A stretch of DNA of 63,954 bases, counting the filler, from Octopus bimaculoides (taxonomy: Eukaryota): NCBI RefSeq assembly GCF_001194135.2. It is 6 parts of 6 records of this genome, joined end to end, with 100 filler letters (N's around TTAATTAATTAA, not from the genome) between each part and the next. Parts side by side here need not be neighbours in the genome. Positions count along the whole stretch, not along the records: positions 34,894 to 51,813 come from NC_068984.1; 5 more parts are not named here. One strand, written 5' to 3'. Each line of letters starts with the position of its first letter. Position 1 is the stretch's first letter. The translations under genes and the position numbers were made by a program. Positions 35,485 to 47,592 of this stretch are shown one piece after another. The notes beneath the pieces were generated by a model. The model saw only the letters and a list, made by a program, of their open reading frames with translations. It searched no databases and was not told the DNA's origin.

Positions 35485-35810
35485 CACTCAACAGATTAGA
35501 ATGTTGGAAAAGAAAAGAATCCTAACAACGGGCTACAACAAGTAACATTAGATGCCAAAAACCCTCCATAGAGTCCTAGCAGTCCCTAATAACACTGTCT
35601 TCTGCAGCTGTACTAAATTGGGTTTCATGCCTATTTCCTCTATCCATCTGTTCAGATCTTTAGGGATAGTTCCCAATACACCTATAACTACTGGGATATA
35701 TTTCCATAGTCTCTATAATTCAATAGTTAGGTCCTGGTACTTTGCTATTTTTTCTATATTTCTCATATTAATGTCTTCATCATTTGTGATTGTAAAATCA
35801 ATTATCTGGT
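35485..35810 (-). mobile_element. R4 lineage a 3'-end fragment
   Basis: Reverse complement similar to 30850-31170 (QIIDFTITNDED..EKIAKYQDL..KPNLVQLQKTVLLGTARTL). Confidence 0.85.
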
Positions 35811-36835
35811 GGTGGTGTGCTTGTTGTTTTTATTTTTATTTTTTATTTTTTGCAGTTGCTTGAATTTCTACCAGCTGCACCCAGTTCTAACCATAGACGC
35901 CAAGAGACAAGTTTCTGCATCCAAAAATGCCATTAGGTGAGGTGACACGCAACGGAAAGAAAATGATGTCTGTTTGTTATGAAAAATTTCTTTATAAAAT
36001 TTATAAAACTCACCGAGTTACATTGTATTTAAATGGAAAGGAATCTACGTAAAATATGTGATCTTTTCTAATTCACTTGTGTAGGGATTGTTTACATAAT
36101 ATTAGTTCGCTTCTTTTGATATTATTCCAACTGCCCAATAATAACACGCAATGTTGTTGGTTTAAAATGTCACGTTCTTCCGATTTCTATCTTCAAGTAC
36201 TATATTTGAAGTTTTCAACCGTTTTGTGTGATGTGCTTTTGTTAGCTGGGCCATAAGTGAACAACAAATGCCACAGAAGAATAAAATGCAGTAAATGATT
36301 ATTAATTTCGGATACGAATATTATTCAACATAATATTCAACAAAAGTAGAGGACGTTTGTTACAATAACATCATTGTTAAATATATGTAAAGAAGTTTGA
36401 AAGTTGATTCATTTGACAAAAACGCTTCAAGACTGCCCCGGCATGGCCGCAGTGTAATGACTCAACCAAGTAGAAGAATAACAGAATTAAAGAATGAGGT
36501 GACGAGATTACAGAATAGTCAGCACAGCTGAGGTTACACGTTCCAAGTTCAAATTCTGCTGAGGTCGACTTTGCCCTTCACTTTCTCAAGTACTTGAGTC
36601 AATATAATAGTCAAGCCTCCTCCCCTCAAAAACTTGTTTCAGTCATTTGAGCACCACCCTAAGGGGTTTTAGTCGAACAAATCGACCCCAGGACTTATCC
36701 TTTGTAAGCCTAATACTTATTCTATCGCTCTTTGCCAAACCGCTAAGTTATGGAGATGTAAACACACCGACATCGGTTGTCAACCGAGTGTGGTGTGGGA
36801 CAAAAACAGACGCAAATACACAAATATTTAAAATG

Positions 36836-36922
36836 GAAAAATGCGAGCAAGAGAAATAATATTCTTAAGATTATAGACATGGAAATGTGCGGGACAAGTT
36901 ATTTCTCTTGCTCGCATTTTTC
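36836..36922. other. Perfect 24-bp inverted repeat with a 39-nt spacer
   Basis: gaaaaatgcgagcaagagaaataa (36836-36859) / ttatttctcttgctcgcatttttc (36899-36922). Confidence 0.92.
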
Positions 36923-37708
36923 AATGTAATCTATGTTTGTTCCAGGCTAATTATGCTAATTAATAATTTGTCAAATATATCGATTACCGATGTCGTTGAG
37001 AATTGTTCCTTACCTCAATGATGCCGGTGACATATATTAAAAGCCTCTTATAGAACTATATTCATAAAAAACGTATAGAGTATATATATTATACATATAG
37101 AGTATGTATATTATCACCCTCAAATTTGAGAGAAACAATAACACATAGCGTTCTTCTTTGAAAACTTCATTGCATGAGATCGATACCATGAAATTCCTTG
37201 AATTGAGATCTATCATTCAAGCTGAATCAAACCACAGTTTGTTTTTAAAATAAAAAATTTAATTCTACTTAAATCTAGTTTTTTTGTTTTTTTTTTTGCC
37301 TCGATGTTTTTCATGATATTTTACCGCACAATTATTTTGATACAAATTTTTGTTGCACCGGACCAAAACAATGGAATTACTTATACTTTCCTCTATCATT
37401 GAAGCAATGATAGATATATTTTGCTTTTAAAATAAAAAAGTTATTTAGATCCAAACTTGATTGGAGGCGTTACTTAACGTTTCTAACGTTGTTACAAATT
37501 TTGATTTAATCTTTTTTCTACTGGACCAATTCTCAATTTTGTTATGCCACAAAGTAGCTAGGGACCAGTCCGCTTCAAATATGTAAATAATTTTCAATTG
37601 CTAAATTAGCAACAACCTCTGAAAGATGTTGCGTGTGAGTAAATTGCGGCCTTAAGAAATATTATCCAACTACTACCGTAGTTGAATGATACATGCATAC
37701 ATATATAC

Positions 37709-37756
<48 letters not shown>

Positions 37757-39883
37757 GATCTAGTTAGCCGAAGGCTACAATAGGAGACACTTACCCAAGG
37801 TGCCACGCAATGGGATTGAGCCCGGAACAATGTGGTTGGGAAGCAAACTTCTTACCCCACAGCCACGTCTTACCACGCTGCTATATGCATAAAAGTGTGT
37901 GGATGTCTGTGTATTTGTGTGAGCATGTACGAATAGACATAGATACACATATATACGGGCGAGTAGGTGTAGCAAATTCTATATACGTCGTAATGTTTCG
38001 TTGGCACTTCAAACGAACCTCAAGCACCATTCTGTGGATATCTAAGGAAATAGGATTGTTCCAAGAGCCTATGAAATTTTATGCCGTACGCAGCTAAATC
38101 GAATACTAATATACAATATGTACAATAATCATTTTAAATTATATCTTCGGGAAGCTAACTTACGATTACTTAACAACAGTGTAGCCTCCATTTAACTCAG
38201 ATATTTTCAGACTAGTAAGTAGATAACTGAGTACACTCGTTGAGCAATTATTCCATCAGAGGATCTGCTAACTAGGAAACATATGTAGCCTGAATTTTAC
38301 GTGCTTCATTCGCTGAATGTGGATATGTGTGTACGTGTACGTACATATATATATATATATATATANNNNNNNNNNNNNNNNNNNNNNNNNNNNNNNNNNN
38401 NNNNNNNNNNNNNNNNNNNNNNNNNNNNNNNNNNNNNNNNNNNNNNNNNNNNNNNNNNNNNNNNNNNNNNNNNNNNNNNNNNNNNNNNNNNNNNNNNNNN
38501 NNNNNNNNNNNNNNNNNNNNNNNNNNNNNNNNNNNNNNNNNNNNNNNNNNNNNNNNNNNNNNNNNNNNNNNNNNNNNNNNNNNNNNNNNNNNNNNNNNNN
38601 NNNNNNNNNNNNNNNNNNNNNNNNNNNNNNNNNNNNNNNNNNNNNNNNNNNNNNNNNNNNNNNNNNNNNNNNNNNNNNNNNNNNNNNNNNNNNNNNNNNN
38701 NNNNNNNNNNNNNNNNNNNNNNNNNNNNNNNNNNNNNNNNNNNNNNNNNNNNNNNNNNNNNNNNNNNNNNNNNNNNNNNNNNNNNNNNNNNNNNNNNNNN
38801 NNNNNNNNNNNNNNNNNNNNNNNNNNNNNNNNNNNNNNNNNNNNNNNNNNNNNNNNNNNNNNNNNNNNNNNNNNNNNNNNNNNNNNNNNNNNNNNNNNNN
38901 NNNNNNNNNNNNNNNNNNNNNNNNNNNNNNNNNNNNNNNNNNNNNNNNNNNNNNNNNNNNNNNNNNNNNNNNNNNNNNNNNNNNNNNNNNNNNNNNNNNN
39001 NNNNNNNNNNNNNNNNNNNNNNNNNNNNNNNNNNNNNNNNNNNNNNNNNNNNNNNNNNNNNNNNNNNNNNNNNNNNNNNNNNNNNNNNNNNNNNNNNNNN
39101 NNNNNNNNNNNNNNNNNNNNNNNNNNNNNNNNNNNNNNNNNNNNNNNNNNNNNNNNNNNNNNNNNNNNNNNNNNNNNNNNNNNNNNNNNNNNNNNNNNNN
39201 NNNNNNNNNNNNNNNNNNNNNNNNNNNNNNNTATATATATATATATATATGCTTTTGAATTGCTGTTTACTTAATGAATAAGAGGGTCTTGCCTCCTCGG
39301 GCATTTTCCTGGATTTGTTAGTACACCATTAAATATATTTGCCACTGTTTTCCTCTGGTGTACCAGTACAACGCTTCATCTTGTTATTTACTCATTTCCG
39401 AATTCCCGGATGTTTCTGGAGTATAATAACCAGCAATTGTTCTGTGCGGCACCATTTTCTTTTTTTTTCTATGGTTGCTTCCATGCAAACGTTGGACGCT
39501 GCGTTTTTTTCTACGTAATGAAATTATTCATTATCAAAAGAATCTGCTTGATGACCAATTCATCGAATTATTGTCTTTTATCTTTCATTTCTTGCTTGTT
39601 TAAGTCTTTTGACTGCGGCGAAGCTGGAGCCTCGCCTCGAAGAATTTTTAGTCAATTAAATTGACCCCAGTATATTTTTTAAGCCTAAAATACATTTTAT
39701 CAGTCTCTTTTCTTAAACCGCTAAGTTACGCCCATATGTCATTCTTCCACACTTGTTATTTCCCTATTCGACGAGTCAGTGATGGCGAGACTTCGAAGTG
39801 CCAGTCATCCAATATTTCCAATCTACACAAACATACGCACACACTCATATTGCATAAACACGCTTACACGCATGTACACATAC

Positions 39884-39919
<36 letters not shown>

Positions 39920-40403
39920 GTGCCTGTTTATCCCCCTACCATCGCTTCGCAGCCGATGTTGGTATGTTTATGTCCCTGTAACTTAGCACAATGATAGAAT
40001 AAGTACTAGGCTCACAAAGAATAAGTCCTGAGATCGATTTGTTCGACTAAAGGTGGTGCTTGAGCATGGCCGCAGTCAAATGACTGAAACAAATGAAATA
40101 ATAAAAGAAAAAGAATGTATATATATGAGTGCGTGTGTGCGTATATGCGTATGTGTGTGCGTGCGCGTGCGCTCGTCTGTGTGTGTTTGTACCGCTTGGT
40201 GCACATATCTAAGTAGGTCTATACACATACATATACATTTATGTATAATGCTTGTATACTGAACACTTCAATATTATATTTTCATACTCTTTTAGGCTAA
40301 GTCTAACAGAAATACTTGAATTAGCCAGGGAAAACGATAACACTTATTACTCTGAACGCATTACTCTCTCTCCCTCTCCCTCCCCTTCTCTCCCTCTCCC
40401 TCC

Positions 40404-40445
<42 letters not shown>

Positions 40446-41082
40446 ATATATATTTAAAAAATGAGTAAAATATTATTATAAATCTGGTAATTAGTCATAT
40501 ATTAATTAATATCGAATAATTATCAGGAGGCCAGCGCATCTAAAGAATCAAAGAGATTCAGAAATATTATCTGCAATCTCAGGGGATTAAGGTACATTTT
40601 AAAAAATAACGTCGACCACTAACGTGGACAGTTAATGCGCTACAAATAGATCACATCTTGTGTCTATTAAGACCGAAAGTGTTCTCAACATGAAATCAAG
40701 CAGCATACCAAAAACGTGAGCGGGCAAGACATTTAAAATCACCTAAAAGAGCATTATTAAACAAGAACTAGTTTCGGATTTAACAAATTCTTACCATTTA
40801 AAAAATGTGTAGGCGGCATACGAGTGGGTATATATTTATAAAACAGAAGTTTGAAAACGCCACTATGTAAGATAAATTTTAATTTTTTATTTTCTCTGAG
40901 ATATTTTACACGTTTCGGTTCTTTTTGAAAAAAATGAACCTGATCAAAAATATTTTTTTTAAAAAGTGTAAGAAAAGAAAAGTTCATAATTATTTCTTAC
41001 TAGTTTCAACTGAGTCTATGTGGAAGCGTTTTATGTGTGGGAACATAATAGCTGTCTTGTGTGTTGACTAGAATCGTTGGCT

Positions 41083-41084
<2 letters not shown>

Positions 41085-41145
<61 letters not shown>

Positions 41146-41400
41146 ACCGTGTTGGTAGTGGTGAGTAGCGAGTGTGACCGTTGGCCGTATTAGCAGCAGT
41201 AGCAGAGACCGTTGGTCGTAGTAGTAGAGTTGTAGCAGTAGTTCATTGGCTGTAATAGTTGAAGCAGCAGTAGTAGTAGTGGTAATGGAGTGACTGTTGA
41301 CCGTAATAGCAGCAGTAGCAGAGACTATTGTTCGTAGTAGTAGTAGTGGTAGTAGCAAGGACCGTTGTTTGCAGTAATAGTAGTTATCGTGGCGGTGGTG
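41085..41400. repeat. (TAG)n microsatellite grading into a degenerate TAG/CAG minisatellite with gaccgttg motifs
   Basis: Directly visible; followed by (GT)n at 41445-41532. Confidence 0.9.
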
Positions 41401-41434
41401 GTGGTTGGAGTTGTAAAATACTTTTTTCCTCTAC

Positions 41435-41553
<119 letters not shown>

Positions 41554-43139
41554 AGATGAGAGTTGTTTGCTCTTCGGATTTTCTTTCGATATTAAAATCA
41601 TTTTTAACCACCCACCAGAAACTTTTAGCTTTTACTTGTTCCACTGTTTGGACAGCGGCCATGCTGGAGCAATCCGTTGATGGGTTTTAGTTGAATGAAT
41701 GAATGAATCTGCCTCACTATTTCTTCTTTTAAACCTTTTGTTGCCTTTAACCAACCCACTATGCTATGCGGGCGTCAGGAAACCAACATCGGTTCTCAAG
41801 CTTTCAAGGAGACAAAAACAAGCACAAAGACAGCCACACACACGCACACATATATGTATGTATATATATGAGTGTGTATGAGTGGTCTTTGTGTATGTAT
41901 GCATATATGTATATGTGTTCCTTCTCCCACATTCATACATATATGCGATGAGTTTCTGTATCTCTCTACCAAATGCACTCAGACGTCTTTGGTCAGCCCG
42001 GGGCTATACATAAGTGCATGTACGTAAGGCTGGAGCGACGATGCATGAGTGGATGGCTAGATGAATGGATATACATATATATGTATATATATGCATGGGA
42101 GTACTTCTATATGTGCCTACATATATGTGTTTGTATTGTTGTATAGATTCTCAGAATTCCGCATCAAAATGGTTTCTCTGTCTGATGTCTATTTTTTATA
42201 TTTAAGTAGATTATACAATGCTTTGGCTAATATTGTCTGCAAACCATACTTTAATCCAGAAATCAAGAAATATTCACAAGTTATAGTTTGTTTTTTCTAG
42301 TTGCTATTTTTGTGACAAAGTCATATCTAGTTCTTAAGTTTATACGAGTCTGCAGATGTTAGATACAATATTTCGAACGATTCGCTCATGCTGTTAGTTA
42401 CCACTTCATTTTTCTCTGGTTTAAAAATGTAGCCTAAAGGAACACCTGGAGTGTTAAAGCACGTTATTTAAATCTGCCGAATTGTTGTGCCTCTACTGTA
42501 TGCAATTCTTTCGTAAATTCTACATATATTAAATGGACGGAGAGCATTTTTACCGACAACGGAACACTAAAATATATATATATATATATAATAATTTTCC
42601 CAGAGNNNNNNNNNNNNNNNNNNNNNNNNNNNNNNNNNNNNNNNNNNNNNNNNNNNNNNNNNNNNNNNNNNNNNNNNNNNNNNNNNNNNNNNNNNNNNNN
42701 NNNNNNNNNNNNNNNNNNNNNNNNNNNNNNNNNNNNNNNNNNNNNNNNNNNNNNNNNNNNNNNNNNNNNNNNNNNNNNNNNNNNNNNNNNNNNNNNNNNN
42801 NNNNNNNNNNNNNNNNNNNNNNNNNNNNNNNNNNNNNNNNNNNNNNNNNNNNNNNNNNNNNNNNNNNNNNNNNNNNNNNNNNNNNNNNNNNNNNNNNNNN
42901 NNNNNNNNNNNNNNNNNNNNNNNNNNNNNNNNNNNNNNNNNNNNNNNNNNNNNNNNNNNNNNNNNNNNNNNNNNNNNNNNNNNNNNNNNNNNNNNNNNNN
43001 NNNNNNNNNNNNNNNNNNNNNNNNNNNNNNNNNNNNNNNNNNNNNNNNNNNNNNNNNNNNNNNNNNNNNNNNNNNNNNNNNNATAATACAAAAAATATAT
43101 ATGCATATATACACACATATATGTATATACTTTCATCTA

Positions 43140-43415
43140 CATGTGTATATAGATGCATATCAGGGTACAGGACGTTAGAACAATGAACTACAGACAACGG
43201 AACGAACACATAGGAAAACAGAAAGCCACTTGAAATTATTCATCAGCTGCCTCTATTCTAACTCGACGTTTCGAAGATAAGGCAGGACGTACTCTAGAAT
43301 AGTCTCTTCCTGAGTAGTGGATCAACCAACTAAACAGAGGATTCCAAAGTGGCAAACGTAAACCAAGACAGGAAAACTTGGACAGTGAAAACAACATAAA
43401 AAAGCCGTACGGCCA
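43140..43415 (-). mobile_element. Possible Penelope-like terminal (pLTR) fragment
   Basis: Minus strand ctcaggaagag...cttcgaaacgtcgagtta, next to (TA)n, resembles the PLE hammerhead-region motif. The core is degenerate. Confidence 0.3.
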
Positions 43416-43907
43416 ATATATATATATATATATATATATCAATGTGTGTGTTTTACTTCACTTGTATTACATGCGCTACAAGTAGTTCCACATAGATGAC
43501 AATTACGTTCATCAGGCACTGATTATTCTTAGAAATACGCACTTCGTTAGGTTACATTTTTAAACTACTTGGTTTCATAGAATAATCACCGCCTGATCAA
43601 TATACTGGTCATCTAAGTGAAACTATTAATGGCGCGTGTAATGCATGTGGAGTGAAACGCATACATTAATAATGGATTCTCATTAGATGGAGTAGTCTTC
43701 TTGTTGACCTTTTTACGTAGATCACTTTACCATATACGAACGCCTGTTTTCTTCTGTCGAGGGCTTATATGCCCCATTATTAGACTATTTTCCTCAGTCA
43801 TTTGCACGGTGATCGCTATAAGCTTTAAACATAGAAATAAAATAGCATTATTATTATTTACAGAAATGTAAAACTCGACAGCGCTTAACAAAACCATTCG
43901 CGCCGAA

Positions 43908-43989
<82 letters not shown>

Positions 43990-44490
43990 GTGTGTGTGTG
44001 TATGTATGCATATGCCTGTGTCTCTGCGTGAGGTGTGTGTGCGTANNNNNNNNNNGTGTGTATATATATGTGTGTGTGTGTATGTATGCATATGCCTGTG
44101 TCTCTGCGTGCGGTGTGTGTGCGTATTCAATGTTTATTTGCCGATTAGAATGTGTCTAATACAGTATTTTATAGTTACATAAATGGTTGCGTTTATTCAG
44201 CAGAGCTCTGTAGTGGAGAGAGAGAGAGAGGGAGTAGTTTTTCAATGTAATCCACATCACAAGTGTTATTCATGATGGGCGTTTTGTGTTTCACAATTCC
44301 CGCGATACTAATTTCATGAAATTTCTTTTCGTCCGTCTGGATATTTGTCATGGGCCTTCCGTTGTATTATGAAATGTTTCTTTAATCATAGGGCCGTATC
44401 AGCATTAAAATTACGGTAAACAATTAAGAGAAAGGTATGACGAAGGAATATGTCTTTTAGTATGATTATTATTATTATTATTATTATTAT

Positions 44491-44546
<56 letters not shown>

Positions 44547-45104
44547 ATATTCGTGTCTAACTTGTTAAAAGTTCTATGAAGAGAAAATTTTGCGTTGCAA
44601 ATTCTTATGGAGTTATTCCCATAGATCCAGTTATTGTCGAAAATCAAATCTTCAATAAACAACATGAAAAAGCAACTATACAAACAAAGCAAAAAAAAAA
44701 TTATAATAGAAAGGTCTTTCATACCTGAATGAAATTTACAAACAAGAAATGTCCTCTTTGAAAATATCAATTGGTATTACTAATAAAGAAATGTAAATAA
44801 CAACGAAGAAAAGCACCTGGAATCAAAGAATGCCTGAAGAAAAGCTAATCGTTAAATAAACAAAATTCCGTCTAATTTGAAAGCAGAAATCAATGCCAGC
44901 ACCGAGAGCGGTGTTGTAGAATATTTTGGTAAAAAGGCAATGAATGCAACTCGACCGCAACGGAATATAATTTCAAAAACAAGTGCAATATCTGAAGAAC
45001 TGTACAACTTTTTATCAAATCACGAAAAAGCTAAAATATGTCTCGTCCAATTTTTAGTGTATTCTCCAGACTTTCGTGAGATATATTATTTCCAGTTGGT
45101 CATG

Positions 45105-45412
45105 TGAATGCGCGTGGCTTAGGGATTGTAAGGCCGTGGTTTCAATTCCAGGCGATGTGTTATGTCCTTGAGCAGGATACTTTATTTCATGTTGCTCCAG
45201 TTCACTCAGCTTGCAAAAGGAGTTGTTCCAGTAATTCAAAGGGTCAGCCTCGTCACAACTCTGTGCCACTCTGAATCTCCACGAGATCTATGCTATTAGT
45301 GCACGTGTCTGTGAAGTACTCAGCCACTTGCACGTTAATTTCACGAGTAAGGTGCTCCGTTGATCGGATCAGCTGGGACCTTCGTCGTCTAACCGACGGA
45401 GTGCTCCATTTG
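45105..45412 (+). mobile_element. Chimeric SINE: different CORE-type body joined to the SINE C 3' half
   Basis: gtccttgagcaggatactttatttcatgttgctccagttcactcagc then ttcaaagggtcagcc...cgacggagtgc as in SINE C. Confidence 0.7.
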
Positions 45413-45684
45413 GTCATAAACGAAATTAAGAATATCAGTATTGGCAACTCTAGAAATATTTTTTATAATTTGAGTTGATGTTGATTATTAGGTAGGCACA
45501 AATAAGTGATACATATTTTATGTTACCAACGCTGAATGAATGAAAGATAAAATTGAGATGAGACGGATTTGATCTCAGCTTGTAAAATTTTTGAACAAAT
45601 ATCATGAAGTATATAACCGATGCGCTAACGAATCTCCCAACTCACAAAACATAATCAATATAAATAATGGTTTAAAATTTTGGT

Positions 45685-45885
45685 ACCAAGCCTGCAGTTT
45701 CGGGAGAGGGGATAAATCGGTTGCATCGACCCCCAGTGTTTTACTGATACTTATTTTATCAACTTCGAAAGTTTGAAAGACTAAGTCAACTTCGGCGGAA
45801 TTTGAATTCAGAAAATAAGACTGACGAAGTGCCGCTAAGCATTTACTCCGAGTGCTAAATATTCGACCTACTCGCCACCTCAAAG
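45685..45885 (-). mobile_element. SINE B, old tail variant
   Basis: Reverse of the B head and central domain. Another old copy lies at 51965-52140. Confidence 0.7.
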
Positions 45886-47177
45886 CAACCAAATATAATT
45901 AACATTTGTAATGCAGAACCTAAAACATGTCACAGAATAAATAATTCTTCACTAATATGTGTAGTTTGCGACGATATGGCGCCCTCTTCAGATTTATTTG
46001 ATCATTCATACGCCATGATAACAGCTATTATATGTTCTAGAATTTCAAACAGTACACTATTAATGTGCGTAGTGGTCTTCTGCAACAAGGACATTATTCC
46101 AAAATCATTTATGACTCCAAAAGAAGAAAGGCTGATTAAACACCAGAAGAAGACAAAATCCACATAGGTTTTTATTTGTCTTCATCACTGTATTGTGGTC
46201 ATGCTTGGGCACCATCTTGAAGGTTTTCGATTTAATAGGCCACCCCATTACTTACTTTCTGTTTTTGAAAGCTGTGAATTACTCTATTAATACTAGGTCA
46301 TGGGGTGTAAACAAACCGACACTAGTTAAATGGCGGAGGGAAAACCGACACAAACATTAGGGCACGCACACGTATATATGTATATATATATATACATATA
46401 TATATATATACACAAGAAGTTTCTATCGGCTTTCCGCTCACGAGGCTTTAGTACGCTGTAGTGGGAGATACTTGGTGAAAGTACCACGCAGTGGGGCTGA
46501 ACCTCAGACCATGAGTTTAGAAAGTTAACTTCTTACAACTATGTCTAGGAACGCAGAAACTAGTAACAAACATATTTAAAAACCCATTAAGTGATCAAGA
46601 AACACGACCTAAGACAAAAAAAGACGTACATTTTAAATCGCAAAATCTCAAGAAAATATCGAACGTATTTTTATGGCATTTAAGGACCCGCCCAACAAAT
46701 TTCAAAGCCTTAATTGTAAAAATATTGCAGTAAATCGGCTATTCTTTAGATAATATTTTATCCTTATCAACACATAATCTTTCTCTTTTTATCTTTTGGT
46801 TGCCAAAAGTAGGAAAAAAAAGAGATAAATATTTCTAGTGAACCATTTAGATTTTATATAACTAAAGCCCAAACAGATGCTTCATCTAATAGGATTGTAT
46901 ATGTATACATACATATGTATTTATATACATGGATGTGAGTGTTTGTGTGTACACACGTGTGTATACACATTCTGATTGAATTTTCTATGTGTTAACATGT
47001 ACCTCCTTTCGACAATGTAAACTTTCATTTAATAAAGTTATTCATGGCCTGAAGAGTAACCTCCGGTATAGAGCTCGCGTTGATATTTACCACTTCTGAG
47101 GTTCCACTCGCTATGAAGCATATGTAGCCCGCATCTTATCTACTCCATTACTTAATTCTTGCATATATATATATTCT

Positions 47178-47592
47178 GTGAGGGGGAACATTCGGCGAAA
47201 CCGAGCGGATCTGTAGAAGGCGAAGAATTGGATTCTTCACGATGACAATGCACCCTGTCACCGAAATCTCCTCACTCGCGAATTTCTCGCTAAAAATAGC
47301 ATAGTATTGATTTTGTCAGATTTAACACATGCGAAATTCCAGCTCTTCCCCCAAGAGGAAAATGCAGCTCAAAGATCGCCGTTTTAATACCGTTGTCGAA
47401 TCGCAGAAGATCCTCAACCTGGATACGGAAAACGACTTCCGGTTCGGATTCCCAAACCGGCAGGAACGCTGGGACCGATGTATTGCTGCACTAGTTGACT
47501 ATTTTGAAGGACATGGTAAATATGTTATTTAGGTAAATAAGTTATTTGTTTATTAAATATAATTAGTACTGGAAATGTTTGACACCTCCTCG
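47178..47592 (+). pseudogene. Mariner transposase fossil, C-terminal half and 3' TIR
   Basis: NWILHDDNAPCHRNLLTREFLAKNSI; LFPKRKMQLKDRRF; QERWDRCIAALVDYFEG; end ..tttgacacctcctcg|TA. Confidence 0.88.

Noticed and set aside
37392-37414. 10-bp stem hairpin tctatcattg-aag-caatgataga (and similar small ones, e.g. near 36316-36338)
   Set aside because: Short AT-rich stems of this size are expected by chance in 64 kb.
43975-44125. About 70-bp direct repeat on both sides of a 10-N gap
   Set aside because: Typical contig-overlap or haplotype duplication (one a/c difference); assembly artefact.
45976-46180. Short hydrophobic open frames on both strands
   Set aside because: About 60 codons, explained by base composition, no convincing splice sites.
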